Source: Eledone cirrhosa (lineage: Eukaryota). Taken from it: 64,000 bases of DNA. The stretch is taken from the NCBI GenBank assembly GCA_964016885.1, contig OZ024745.1:40238001-40302000 (forward strand), written 5' to 3'. This document shows positions 13,700-27,339 of this stretch, one piece after another. Positions within the stretch are counted from its first letter, which is position 1. Each line of letters begins with the position of its first letter. Position numbers and translations under genes: made by a program. Below the pieces are notes generated by a model. It made no database searches and was not told the origin of the DNA. It saw nothing but the letters and a program-made list of their open reading frames with translations.

Positions 13700-14770
13700 A
13701 TCCCAAGCTCGTGTTGAGAAATGAGGAGGGTTAGGCGTCAGGGTGCACTCTGACCCCACAACAACCTCAATTGCTACATAAATAATGAAGAAATCTCCAA
13801 TGAATCAATCAGGACGCAGGAAAGAAAGCAAAACCAACCAAAATTGAAGAGATTCAAACCGAAATGTATTTCATTCTTCGATCTCTAGTCAAATTTTAAG
13901 TGTCAAGACTCACAAAACTGGCGACATGGAATGTAAGAACATTATATAAATGTAGAAATTTGTCTCCGCTCTGCCGTGAATTAAAAATATATGATCTCAG
14001 CATAATGGGCCTCAGTGAAAGCTGGTGAACAGGAAGTGGCAGTCTGAATATTTGAAAATATCACGATGTTGTACTCAAGACACAAAATGCAGCAGATTCA
14101 TGATATTGGCATTGTGCTCAGTGAAATTGCAGGTAAAACGTTGGTGAGTTGGCATTAGGTGACTGAACGGATCATAGCAGTGAGTTTCCAATCACGACAT
14201 CTCCAAATGACAGTAATTTATGCACCAAGAGAAGATGTTGCTGATATTGACAAGGATGCTTTCTATGAATATCTGCAACCCCAAGACATGCATTTTAGTT
14301 TTGAATTGCGATATGGATGTGAACATTTCCAATGAGAGACAAGGTTTAGATCACACAAGCAGCCCTCATGGCTCTGCCAATCAGATCAATTACTTTGGTG
14401 AATGACTGTTTCTACTCTGTAGCACAAATTCACCGTGCATTGGAAACAAGTACTTTAAGCATGAATTTTCATTCAAGGAGATTGACTATATATGCATTTT
14501 ACAAAGATGGAAATTTTCCCTGCAAGATGTCAGAGTTAACCATGGGGCGGATCTTGCCTCTGAGCATTATTTGGCAACATTATTTGGCAACATTATTTGG
14601 CAACAGGAAAGCTGTCACTGATGATAAAGCGGTGATGAAGCAACAGAATAATAAGCCATATGCTGTCGAAAAATTGAAGAATCATAGAATATTGGGAAAT
14701 TTTCAGATTACCACCAAGAATAGGATTTGAGGTGCTCCCTGCTGAATCAAATCACATGCAAAATGAAATT
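13700..14770 (+). mobile_element. Decayed RTE-clade LINE 5' region (APE endonuclease)
   Basis: LATWNVRTLY (~13918), IMGLSESW*TGSG, YAP, GADLASEHYL; many stops. Confidence 0.75.
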
Positions 14771-16159
14771 TAATAGAAGCACAGATTGTTCGTACTACAT
14801 TTGCCATATACAGAATTGCCGTATATACCTCTAAACATTTTCTGTCACATATTACCTTCTAATCGTTGGATACCACATGAAGAAATAAATGAAAACTTAG
14901 AATAAAGATATTAATGATATTAAGTAGATATAGTAATCTAATTATGTTTGGGTATTAAAGCTGTTTTGGATAACATTCAGACACAGTTAGAGATCCCCAA
15001 CACCATAATTGTGCGGGATTAATTTTCCATATAAGTTAGTTAATAGTTAAGAATGTTTATTTTCGGACGCGTGTACTGGCCTCAGATCATATTTTGGAAC
15101 TAAAGCTTTCTCATTAATGAAAATCATACAGAAAATGTTGCCTTCCTTTTCTATTCATCATTTATATCTATGTGTCAACGCTTTTGTCTCCCTTTTGTTA
15201 TCTGGTCACTGCCACTATAATCCTGCCATCTAGAAAATAATTGCTAACAATCGTTAGACAAAACAACTTCAGCCATATTTCATCCGAAAATGCTTAAATG
15301 TTGCTTCTGCATTACGGTTAATTCACGCCTCATATTACCAGGATACTTGACAAACCCTCTCAGATGTATAGCCCCAGACATTCTCATGATGGGACACTCA
15401 TTCATTCAGATTACCATTGTTTCTGATGCGGCAGACACATTAATATATATAGTTTACATCATTTTCTCTCATCATGTAAACTTAATTCGTCTTCGATCTG
15501 TGCTTTGGTTGGAATTGCTCTGGAAGCAATTACCGAGCCACAAAAGTACTAAGACGCAGCTCTTGATAAAGATGTGAGGAACATTTTATTTCCTAACGGG
15601 ATTTCGGATATTTGTCTCCATAAAAATGTGTTCAAAATGTATTCATGATTCTTATTAGTAGCAAATTAATGGGTTAATATAAAGGTGTTGTACATTCAAA
15701 CACTAAAACACATCTATATTGTTTGGATAATTTAGGTGATATATCTCTCTGTCAACATTTGTGCACAAAGAACAGACATGGCGGTGTGTATAAGCAATTG
15801 GCTTTACAACCATATGCTATTGATTGGGTATTATGACCACACCAATCTATGTAATACCATGACATATATGCAATTGTTTATATTGGTTTTCTTTTTTAAC
15901 TTTATCATACTTTTCTCACCGATATATGAAAGCTGCTATGTACCTGCTTCCCGGAAATATGTTTAGCCATGGAAAAAGTTTAAATTAATACTCTATTAGA
16001 TTTTTATATTAAGACCCCCCCCCCCAAAAAAAAAAAACCGCCACCCCCACATCCTCACTTGCATGATGAGCACACGTCAATGACATAAACAAGACATCTA
16101 TTGTGAAATTGCCTGACTCAATAAACAACTTAATTGTATTTGGAATATAATTTTAGAAT

Positions 16160-16346
16160 ATAATTGTTTCTACTTTTAGGCACAAGGCCAGCAATTACCC
16201 AGTGCATTACTGGTACTTTATTTTATCGACCCCGTAAGGATGAAAGGCAAAGTCAACCTCGGCGGGATTTGAACTCAGATCGTAAAGGGACGTAACTATG
16301 CTGGAAAGCATGGCGTCCGACCCTCTACCGATACTGCCAATCCACC
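16160..16346 (-). mobile_element. MetaSINE-like SINE
   Basis: Reverse-complement full copy. Confidence 0.9.
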
Positions 16347-17903
16347 CATTCATATGTATCTGTTTAATATTTACCACATTTAGATAACCAAATCCATATT
16401 CGTACGAGAAAGATTGCCTCAAGTATGTTACTACAACTGCACTGAATATTAATAGTTCATAACGTGTATTCTTACCATATATTTTTTTAATTTATATAAC
16501 TAGAGACAACAAAGAGAAAAAATGTTGTCCTCATTTATTTGACCTCTATTTCCAAGTGACATAAATATTTGTAATGCGTCTATTGCTCCTCTTTGCGTAG
16601 TAAACTATTATATATACGAAGCTGATTTTATGATTACCCTAACTGTAATGAGCGAACTAGTCATCTACTCTACAAATACATTATCCTGCAACTAGAAAGA
16701 AAACAATATTCTTTCTGGTTGAAGATGAAATTTAGATGAATAATACATGAAAAAGCTATCACCTATGTATAAGCAAATGGAATAACCTGATCTTAAAATC
16801 GTGATATACAAAAACAATATTTTAGATGAAAACGACTTGTACCTACAGACGCCGCTAAATCGTGTGTTTCAAGTAATTGCTTTAAGATAGAAATGTAGCA
16901 TGAAACATGAATCAATTATTAAATAGCATACTATTACAAATTCGTGGCCAAAAATTTAGGACAATCATTTAAGAAAATACTAAAACAGTACGTGATGTAA
17001 ATTTAAAATTTGTTAGTAAATCGTTCCGTGTGATGAAGGAAATATTCTAAATCTAAAGGTCTTCAATGAAGAAAAATGAAGTAGATTTTAATTCAACAAT
17101 ATTGGAAAGAAAAATTCCTCATGGGGATGTTATGCATACTAAACTGCATACTAAAGAATAGTAAAGTGAGTAGAATAAAAACTGAGATTTACTCTAGATT
17201 AATCATATAGCAAGAAAACGAAAGATTCTACTTTGGATGCGTTATTTGGAAAATATATCTGTAAGAGATAACTCTAATATATAAACACAATGTATCGTTT
17301 AAGAAAATATAAATTATACACCAACCTGAGAATGTTAGCTGATATAGAACGTAAAATACTCCTCGTTTCATTCTATAAAACAAAGTCAATATTTCATATA
17401 TCATTCGAAGAAATTACTGGTAAATTAAATTTCAAATATCAGCTTGATAATGTAAAAGATAGTTAAATTGCAGAATCAGTCCAAATTCTACAATATCTTC
17501 AAATATTTTTGAAAATTGCAGTGTATAATTTGGATTATTTTCGCGAAAAAGAATGTTTATAAACCACTTTTTCAGCGAGCAGCATGGTTATAAACCTATC
17601 TACAGCAATATTCTTATTAATAACATAATTTCGGCTGATTAATTTGATTTTCCCCAATATGATACCTGACCGTTACCGACTATATTGCGATTGAACTGTG
17701 GAAAGTCCATATAGGCACGTTAACTAAATATGGAACGAAGTGAATTGGCACATGATTGATAATGCCTTTTACTCCACGTTTCGGTTTTTGCTCATTGAGT
17801 TCAAAGCCGGCCAATGCTTTTCATATTTTCGGGGATGTTAAACTAAATGTCAGATATGCGTGGTGTGGATTCCCTCCTCTCCCTCTATATATCTATCTAT
17901 CTA

Positions 17904-18013
<110 letters not shown>

Positions 18014-18312
18014 AGTTGTAATAAAATGAAAACGAAATTTAATTTCTCACTCTTAGTACGGCACTTACTTAAATGTAAGTATGTATGTATACGTACATAC
18101 ATATATGTATACAGACGTACAGTAGCATGCATATATATATATATATATATACATATTTACATACAGGTACACATACATATATGTACGTATCAGTTTAGCG
18201 GACGCTTATTATAACGCCCACTTTGTCCGTTTGTAAACAAACTGACAGTTGAATTTATGCCGTACGGTGTTAAGGCAACCACGTCACCTCTTTGTTCAAC
18301 ACTGACACAGGA

Positions 18313-18355
18313 ACGATGTACTAGTTTCAAGCTTGTTAGCTATCATCAGCACCGT
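18313..18355 (-). ncRNA. Minimal type-I hammerhead ribozyme, unit 1
   Basis: ACGGUG-CUGAUGA-U-AGCU-AACA-AGCU-U-GAA-ACUAGU-A-CAUCGU: 6-bp helix I with one GU, 4-bp helix II, palindromic helix III, GUA triplet. Confidence 0.85.
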
Positions 18356-18589
18356 ATACCCTTCTGCCAAATGGTTGAACGTTCGAAAGTATATACTTTC
18401 CATATGAAAATTAACGGCTGAGCAGCCTAATTTGCATATCGAGTGAGTTCAGTCGGCCAGGCGCACCGAAACGATAAGTTGTAATAAAATGAAAACGAAA
18501 TTTCATTTCTCACTCTTAGTACGGCACTTACTTAAATGTAAGTATGTATGTATACGTACATACATATATGTATACAGACTACAGTAGCA

Positions 18590-18691
<102 letters not shown>

Positions 18692-18847
18692 TACATACAG
18701 GTACACTGCCATATATGTACGTATCAGTTCAGCGGACGCTTATTATAACGCCCGCTTTGTCCGTTTGTAAACAAACTGTCAGCCTGAATTTATGCCGTAC
18801 GGTGTTAAGCCAACCACGTCAGATTTTTGTTCAACACTGACACAGGA

Positions 18848-18890
18848 ACGATGTACTAGTTTCAAGCTTGTTAGCTATCATCAGCACCGT
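18848..18890 (-). ncRNA. Minimal type-I hammerhead ribozyme, unit 2
   Basis: Same sequence as the unit 1 motif. Confidence 0.85.
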
Positions 18891-19129
18891 ATACCCTTCT
18901 GCCAGATGGTTGAAAGTTCGAAAGTATATACCTTCCTTATGAAAATTAACGACTGAGCAGCCTAATTTGCATATCGAGTGAGTTCAGTCGATCAGGCGCA
19001 CCGAAAACGATAAGTTGTAATAAAATGAAAACGAAATTTCATTTCTCACTCTTAGTAAGACACTTACTTAAATATAAGTATGTATGTATACGTACATACA
19101 TATATGTATACAGACGTACAGTAGCATTC

Positions 19130-19208
<79 letters not shown>

Positions 19209-19364
19209 TACATACAGGTATACATACATACATGTACGTATCAGTTTAGCGGACGCTTGTTATAACGCCCGCTTTGTCCGTTTGTAAACAAACTGACAGC
19301 CTGAATTTATGCCATACGGCGTTAAGGCAACCACGTCAGCTTTTTATTAAACAGTGACACAGGA

Positions 19365-19407
19365 ACGATGTACTAGTTTCAAGCTTGTTAGCTATCATCA
19401 GCACCGT
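19365..19407 (-). ncRNA. Minimal type-I hammerhead ribozyme, unit 3
   Basis: Same sequence as the unit 1 motif. Confidence 0.85.
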
Positions 19408-19643
19408 ATACCTTTCTGCCAGATGGTTGAACGTTCGAAAGTATATACTTTCCTTATGAAAATTAACGGCTGAGCAGCCTAATTTGCATATCGAGTGAGT
19501 TCAGTCGGCCAAGCGCACCGAAAACGATAAGTTGTAATAAAATGAAAACGAAATTTCATTTCTCATTCTTAGTCCGGCACTTACTTAAATGTAAGCATGT
19601 ATGTATACGTACATACATATATGTATACAGACGTACAGTAGCA

Positions 19644-19681
<38 letters not shown>

Positions 19682-19854
19682 TACATACAGGTACACATAC
19701 ATATATGTACGTTTCAGTTTAACCGACGCTTATTATAACGCCCGCTTTGTCCGTTTGTAAACAAACTGACAGCCTGAATTTAGGCTGCTCAGCCGTTAAT
19801 TTTCATAAGGAAATTATATACGTTCGAACGTTCAAGTATCTGGCAGAAGGGTAT

Positions 19855-19897
19855 ACGGTGCTGATGCTAGCTAACAAGCTTGAAACTAGTACATTGT
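19855..19897 (+). ncRNA. Hammerhead motif with mutated core, inverted unit
   Basis: CTGATGC replaces CTGATGA; otherwise near-identical; probably inactive. Confidence 0.6.
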
Positions 19898-20053
19898 TCC
19901 TGTGTCAGTGTTGAACAAAAAGGTGACCTGGTTGCCTTAACAACGTACGGCATAAATTCAGGCTGTTAGTTTGTTTACAAACGGACACATCGGGCATTAT
20001 AATAAGCGTCCGCTAAACTGATACGTACATATATGTATGTGTACCTGTATGTA

Positions 20054-20097
<44 letters not shown>

Positions 20098-20333
20098 TGC
20101 TACTGTAAGTCGGTATACATATATGTATGTACGTATACATACATACTTACATTTAAGTAAGTGCCGTACTAAGAGTGAGAAATGAAATTTCGTTTTCATT
20201 TTATTACAACTTATCGTTTTCGGTGCGCCTGGCCGACTGAACTCATTCGATATGCAAATTAGGCTGCTCAGCCGTTAATTTTTATAAGGAAAGTATATAC
20301 TTTCGAACGTTTAACCATCTGGCAGAAGGGTAT

Positions 20334-20376
20334 ACTGTGCTGATGATAGCTAACAAGCTTGAAACTAGTACATCGT
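20334..20376 (+). ncRNA. Minimal type-I hammerhead ribozyme, second inverted unit
   Basis: Intact core; one mismatch in helix I (ACUGUG/CAUCGU). Confidence 0.78.
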
Positions 20377-20626
20377 TCCTGTGTCAGTGTTGAACAAAAA
20401 GGTGACGTGGTTGCCTTAACACCGTACGGCATAAATTCAGGCTGTCAGTTTGTTTACAAACGGACAAAGCGGGCATTATAATAAGCGTCTGCTAAACTGA
20501 TACGTACATATATGTATGTGTACCTGTATGGAAATATGTATATATATGCATGCTACTGTACGTCTGTATACATATATGTATGTACGTATACATACATACT
20601 TACATTTATATATATATATATATATT

Positions 20627-20692
20627 TACTAAAATAACAGATTAAATTTTAAGCAAAGAATCGCTGCTTTCACACTTAACGGGATCTTCTGA
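20627..20692 (-). mobile_element. Short terminal fragment of the PLE family seen at 53669-54180
   Basis: Reverse complement aligns with 54112-54178 (CAGAAGATCCCGTTAAG.GTGAAAGCAGC..CTTTGCTTAAA.TTTAATCTGTTATTTTA). Confidence 0.75.
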
Positions 20693-20799
20693 AATATATA
20701 TATGTATGTATGTATGTATGTAAAAGGTAAACAGAATTAACAACACAATCGGTACAGTATATGGAAGGGATATATTAGGTTAACACTTGATATAGTAGG

Positions 20800-21620
20800 A
20801 AGAGGTTATTAACGTTTCGGACGCTAGTCCTTCATCAGAAGAAAGAATGAGACATAAGATAGATTGAGGGGACGGGTGAGATGGAATTGTAAAAAATGTG
20901 TTTTTGATAAAAATTACAGGTCTATTAATGTTGACATCTCTTGCAAAACTGTTGGTGCTGGCGTTTCGTGTATGATTTATTTTTTTAAAAAGTGGATGAT
21001 GGAGCACGTCTACCTGAAATGGAAAAAAAAACGTTTCGTAAAAAGAGCTATAATTAAGCACGTGCGTAAGCATGTTTGTGTGTGTGTGTGTGTATGTGTG
21101 TGTGTGTTCGCGCGCGTATGTGTGTGTGCGTGTGTGTGTGTGCGTGTGTTTGTGTATGTGTGTGTATTATTATACGTCGGTATGAAGCTACGAAGAAATG
21201 TGTGTGTATATGTGAGTAAGAGAGTGTGTGTGCATGTAAGTACGAGCAAAAATATGTTAATATAAGGGTGTGTATGTGTGTATACAGAGCAGTGAAGGGA
21301 AAAGTGGAGTGAGCATATATAGTAAGCATGTATTAGTTGTAAGGGAATCTGCTAAGGATCAAGAGAAAGCGATAGGAATCTAGGGGTGTGATAATGACCG
21401 GGGTATTAGAGAAATTGGGGACGTGAGTTGAGTCCAAGAGGGGAATAGGACCCAAGACGGTGAATCAGACTTTGTTCAGTCCTGGTGCATGAGGCCTGTG
21501 ATCCATGATTAAAAGGACACATAGGACTGAAACATGTAGGGAAGAATGACCAGCAGAACAGAAATGCGGGCGAGAGGAGTATCCAAACCGAGTCATATGA
21601 CCCTCAAATGTTCGGCAAAG
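20800..21620 (-). mobile_element. 3' fragment of a Neptune-type PLE (GIY-YIG C-terminus plus 3' UTR)
   Basis: Minus strand 21620-21427: FAEHL..I..G.DTPLA/RHFCSAGHS..VSV..EQSLIHRLGSYSPLGLN; the UTR ends in an HHR motif. Confidence 0.7.
20806..20843 (-). ncRNA. Minimal hammerhead motif
   Basis: UUCUU-CUGAUGA-A-GGAC-UAGC-GUCC-GAA-ACGU-U-AAUAA: 4 of 5 bp helix I, palindromic helix III, GUU triplet. Confidence 0.6.
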
Positions 21621-22955
21621 TGTGCGAGTGTGTGTTTTTATGTGTCTGTATGTATATATATGTGTATATCTATGTTTGTATGCGATTCTCTATATATCGA
21701 AACTGGCTATGTGATGAGGCCATGAAATGACCATTCTCATTGCGATACGAGCGATCATTTTGTCTCTACACTGACAAAAGATAGACAAAGAAAACATAAT
21801 TACGTAATAAAGGTAAGAGGTTTGCCGACCTTCTTCTAGATATTAATACGAAATACTTGTGCCAAACTTGATCATGTTTTCGTTTCCTATTTGAGTCGTA
21901 TTCACCCTCGCCATTAATGTAGTACACCATTTATAGGTTTTTATAATACTTGCTTGGATATTTTTGTGCCTCAATTTCTTTTCATGTCAAATTAAGGACT
22001 ACATCTGCATTTCAAAAACGAGGCAAGACATTTATGTGTGCATAACTTTTAATATTTTTACAAAATCATGTTATTGAATGTCGTTATTGAAGAGGTTTTT
22101 TTTAGTCCTTATTTGTATGTAAATTTTGATTAAAATGGGAAAAGATCAATAGACAATTCAGTTAAAATGCTGGTCACTGGATCATAAATCTCTGAACATT
22201 TCTTTCACCCTCTCTCCCTGAAACAACATCAACCCCATTAAGATAGAACAATCAGCAAAGCATTTACAATAGGCGTTAATCAAATGTCTCGTCATCCATA
22301 GCCCATAAATATCATACATACAACCAGCAATTAATCTCTAATTCATTTTATCGGACCCTCTACACGTATCTATGTCCATCTCAAATCTAACTTCCCAATA
22401 ACGAATGCTTATAAAACTACTACTATGTACTTACACGATCTCACTTATTTATTTATTTATCTCTTTATATTTTCCAATCTCTCATTTTCTTACTTTTTTA
22501 TGTACCCTATCTTTTATTCTACTTTTACTTTTTACATCTGTAACTTCTCTACCTATTTACCATACATGTATTATCATTGATATTATTGTTTATATTATAC
22601 GCTATTTTATTATTGATGTAATTTCTCTATATAAATCTTGCCTCGAGTGAATTATGTTCATATTTACATGCGTTAAACCAAAGGTGAATAATGTATTGGA
22701 GATCAAATAACGCAATATCAAGCGATTAGCGAAATCTAGACCCACATGTTCAACGAAACAATTGTCAGTACTTTAAATAAAGCCCTTATTGTACAGTGAA
22801 CCATGTTAATCTTCATTCTTTAACTATTATTACTCCAAGTATAACCTGCATAAAACTTACCACGAACTGCAGCATTCTGCAAGTTTACTCGACCTTATTG
22901 TAAACCCTCACTGTCCCTGTCTTTGTATTGCCCCCTATATGTCGGCCCTTTTGGT

Positions 22956-23143
22956 CGGTGGATTGGCAGTATCGGTAGAGAGTCGGACGCCATGCTTTGC
23001 AGCACAGTTACGTCCCTTTACGGACTGAGTTCAAAACCCGCCGAGGTTAACTTTGCCTTTCATCATTAAGGGGTCGATAAAATAAAGTTCCAGTAATGTA
23101 CTGGAATTATTGCTGGCCTTGTGCCAACAGTAGAAACAATTAT
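22956..23143 (+). mobile_element. MetaSINE-like SINE
   Basis: Full copy, tail-to-tail with the next copy. Confidence 0.9.
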
Positions 23144-23171
23144 TATTATTACTATATATATATATATATAT

Positions 23172-23363
23172 ATAATTGTTTCTACTTTAGGCACAAGGCC
23201 AGCAATCACTCAGTGCATTACTGGTACTTTATTTTATCGACCCCGTAAGGATGAAAGGCAAAGTCAACCTCAGCGGGATTTGAACTCAGATCGTAAAGGG
23301 ACGTAACTGTGCTGGAAAGCATAGCATCCGACCCTTTACCGATACTGCCAATCCACCGCCCTT
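23172..23363 (-). mobile_element. MetaSINE-like SINE
   Basis: Full reverse copy. Confidence 0.9.
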
Positions 23364-24621
23364 ATATATATATAATGAGAGACAGAGAAAAAGAGAGAGA
23401 GAGAGAGAGATAGTTGGTAAACACGTTATACCGTAGAGTCCGTGGTGTACCTCAGTTTTTAATAAACTTTACAGCAAATGTGGCAACGTATATGTGGATT
23501 ATGCGTCTAAATAGTAATACTTGCTATTTGTGGACAACATATAAACATTTGATAAAATAAAGATATAGGAGAGTAAATTTGCTAGAGTAATCGCTTTGAC
23601 ATTTAACTTTTTCTCAAATGAACAATAATTAAAACTTAAATCGTCATATGATATTATCTAGGTGTTGTAGCTAATTTCAGCAATTGTCCCATCTCAGTTT
23701 TTCCCTCGTTTATCCATTAACATATATCTTTCTCATTTGCTGCAACCGTTCTCTATATATACCTCTGTTTTTACATATCTTTCTATTTCTCTGATTTCAT
23801 CTACTGTCCTTTATAAAATCGAAGTTAACACACGCTGTCTTTATAATGAATATTGTGTGTCGGAATATCCTCAAGCGATCTATCGGAAAGAGTATAATTA
23901 AGTAAACTCTCTTTCGTACATTTCTTCTTCGGTACCTTTGAGCATTTCTTTCTGCCGGAAGCTAAAGCAATAGAGACAAATCTAGAAATTCTACAAGCAG
24001 GATATATAAAAGCGATTCCTGTTTTTCAGGCCGACATCATAGACATTGACATTTCTATATATATTATTTTATTTTTTTATTTTACCAATTAAGTGCAGAG
24101 CAGTTCGTTCATATCCATTTAATGATGGCCTATCACTTGGCACCGTACTAATAATCATGTAGTTTTGATTTTACTTTTGTATTAGATACATCTTTAAATT
24201 GGTATAACATAACCCAATTTATATTTATCAACAGACAAAAATGATATATAATTCACAGGATGTAGTGTACAATTAATCTTTTGAATGCGGAGAATGCTTT
24301 TAACCTATATATGTAACACATTTTTATGTCTTGATTGAATCTCCGCTGGTTTGCATTTGATCTATTAACTCCTGAAACGACGGAATAATACATAAACAAT
24401 ATGATCTATCGAGCAAGCATCAGATATATTCTAAATAGTGTGAATTAATGTCAACATACATTCTATTAGTGTGTGTAGGATTACTCACAGCTAGCTATGT
24501 TTTAGAGTCTGGCGAGTGCTAGAGACAAAAGGCTTCTGATATATATTTTCTTTTAATTACGTACCGATCTTAAATGCTACAAGGATCGATGACGTCTATC
24601 CTGATTTCAGAATATAAGGAT

Positions 24622-24813
24622 ATAATTGTTTCTACTTTAGGCACAAGGCCAGCAATTACCCAGTGCATCAGTGGTACTTTATTTTATCGACCCCGTAAGG
24701 ATGAAAGGCAAAGTCAACCTCGGCGGGATTTGAATTCAGATCGTAAAGGGACGTAACTATGCTGGAAAGCTTGGCGTCCGACCCTCGACCGATACTGCCA
24801 ATCCACCGCCCTT
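24622..24813 (-). mobile_element. MetaSINE-like SINE with target-site duplication
   Basis: Full reverse copy; AGGATATAAT at 24617-24626 and 24814-24823. Confidence 0.92.
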
Positions 24814-27339
24814 AGGATATAATATAAGTATATAATAGGAGCACTCAAGTTCTCTTATCGATTTATTGTGTTATTAAAATTCAACCAGTACATGTACCCG
24901 ATATTCACATGAAGGCAATCAACAGGCTATATAAAATTATATATGTGATATCGACCAGCCTTGTATCATGTTTATGTCGTCTAAGAAGTGTATTTCATAT
25001 TGTATATTGAATTAGTGATACCACTAATAAATATTAGCCGGTGAAGCTTGCTCTATATATATCGGTCAGAAATAGCTTATTAACAATATCTGTAACACGA
25101 CATTGTATTTCGTACTTTACCAACTTGATGTAAGTGACATGGCGCTAATGAACTCTCACGATATGGAATGCTTGACTTCACCTCTTTCGTGCCAATTTAC
25201 GAGTAGGTCTGACATAATAACAGCTTACAGAATTCACAAAATAAGAAATGTCTGTTTATTATACATAAATGTATATAGTATATGAATTCGCATATATATT
25301 TATACTATTTTATACGCTCCCTTTCCAGGCCTGATATATTTAATACTCGTGTCCATATAAGCATAGTTATATAGAGAATTTGTGTCTAGAGTCGTTCCTC
25401 CTCCGTCTCTCATGCCGCATTAGACGATCTATTTCTCATGTACAAATTAGTATGTTGTCGAAATATCAGTTTATTGTAAATCAAACAACTTATATGTCCT
25501 ACTGTTAAATTACCGTTTTCACTCGTGTAATGACACCGTAGGTATATACGTACAACTGAGAACTCATTTTTCTTTTTTTTGTTTTTGTTTGTATTTATTA
25601 TTATTATTTATTATCAACATCAATTCCGTGGTTCTTTTCCCCTCTTCAAAATCCCTCGTCAAATTTGCTAAAATGAAGTGAGTGTAGGAGAGATCTCACC
25701 GAATGCGACCATCTAATGCATTATCAACATCAAGCGTTCACTGAGATCCACCAAGTCGGCAAGATATTATATGGAAGGATGTTTACTAGAAATAATGTAT
25801 AAATTACAAGTCAACATCTTAACATCTTAACATACGACGTACACCTGCACCATATTAAATAATCCAAGAGAAAATATGCCTTCCCATACACACATATAGA
25901 GAGGAATAATTATTTTCTAAATTTTATATTGTATAGATATATCTTTATCGGAAAAATAAATGTCAGATTTCTGGGGGTGGGGTGGATATATGTTGCCTAC
26001 ACATATATTTGTGAACAATTCGTTTAAGATTATGATGATAGATGAGACGATAAAGAAACTGATGATGTTCCTAAGGAGGGTGATGATAATGTTTTTAATG
26101 ATGGTGATGATGATGTTGATGATGATGAAGATGATGACAGGGATGACAATGGGGATGATCATGCTTAAGGTAGATTGTTTTCAATTACATTTGAGAAAGA
26201 AACAGTTCAGATAATGAGAGGTTAGATGTAAAAATGTATCAATTCAAATTCTTATTTACCAATAGCACTGTAATGCTGCAATTCTTTAAAACATGGACAT
26301 CTCGCATTTAATTCTAACAGTGCATCTCTCCATGATTTCATTATATTATGTCTAAAATATATTTTCAAATAGAATACAGTTTGGTTTAAGGGAGATGTTA
26401 CTGTTATTTCAAGCTTGTCAAGTAAACGTTTTGGTTTGAAACAAGCCAAGTAAACTGTATTGGCTAATGAAATTGTCGCACTAAGAACAGACGGAATGGC
26501 GCATGATTATGATGGAAAACGTATATTCATATTTCCTCCTTGCAGGAATATTTGATATGGAGAAGCCGTGCTATTATCTAACATTTTACATACTGTTATA
26601 ATATGTTATTCTGCAAAGTATATTCTTCCAATCATCGCTAATAATCAGTTAACATCGACGTCAGAGGCTGCAGACAATATTAATGATTACAGGTAAACAC
26701 ATCATACAGGCATGAAATCATCTTCATAAAGTAATGGAATTATTTAAGATGGATTGTTTAATCACTTGAAAAATCCACTAATTAATCATGAAAGTAAATT
26801 ATGAATAGTTATATAAATATGAATTCAAAATATAATAAACAATAAATCACATCAAATAGTACAACAATTATTGAGGTTCTATTTAGAGATTAATATTATT
26901 GAAAACATGAAATTCAAAATGAAGAAAAAAAGAAAAAGGAAATGTACAACTTTATTATTACGAAAACAATTTTATGAAACGTTGTTCAGATGACTCTGAA
27001 ATATTTACATCTATGTTCGTAAGAATTTAAGTGATTTCTTTTGCTAACTTTGATTAAAGATAAATAAATTGTATTGCTGAATGATTATTATTTAAACGTT
27101 TGAAGGATGGACTCCTGCATTGTTAAGAATAAGAATAAATACAAATGAATGTGTATTCAATTATTCCGTATCCATTAAATAGGAATACAGCAATAGAAAT
27201 ATTTGTTTATGAAATTCAAGGAGTGAGATATTTTGACAAGTTTTCGATTCATACAAGGTCTTAAAAACTTGAATTCAAGGGTCTATAATGATTTAAAAGA
27301 CAGTGCCTTATCTACTATTGATCTGAAAACAGTCATACC

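Noticed and set aside
23826-23963. Minus-strand candidate terminal exon SGRKKCSKVPKKK..DSVC*
   Set aside because: Plausible acceptor but short, with no recognisable domain and no linked exons.
26045-26170. Acidic DDKETDD..DDDEDD reading frame
   Set aside because: Bounded by stops and best explained as a degenerate (GAT)n repeat.
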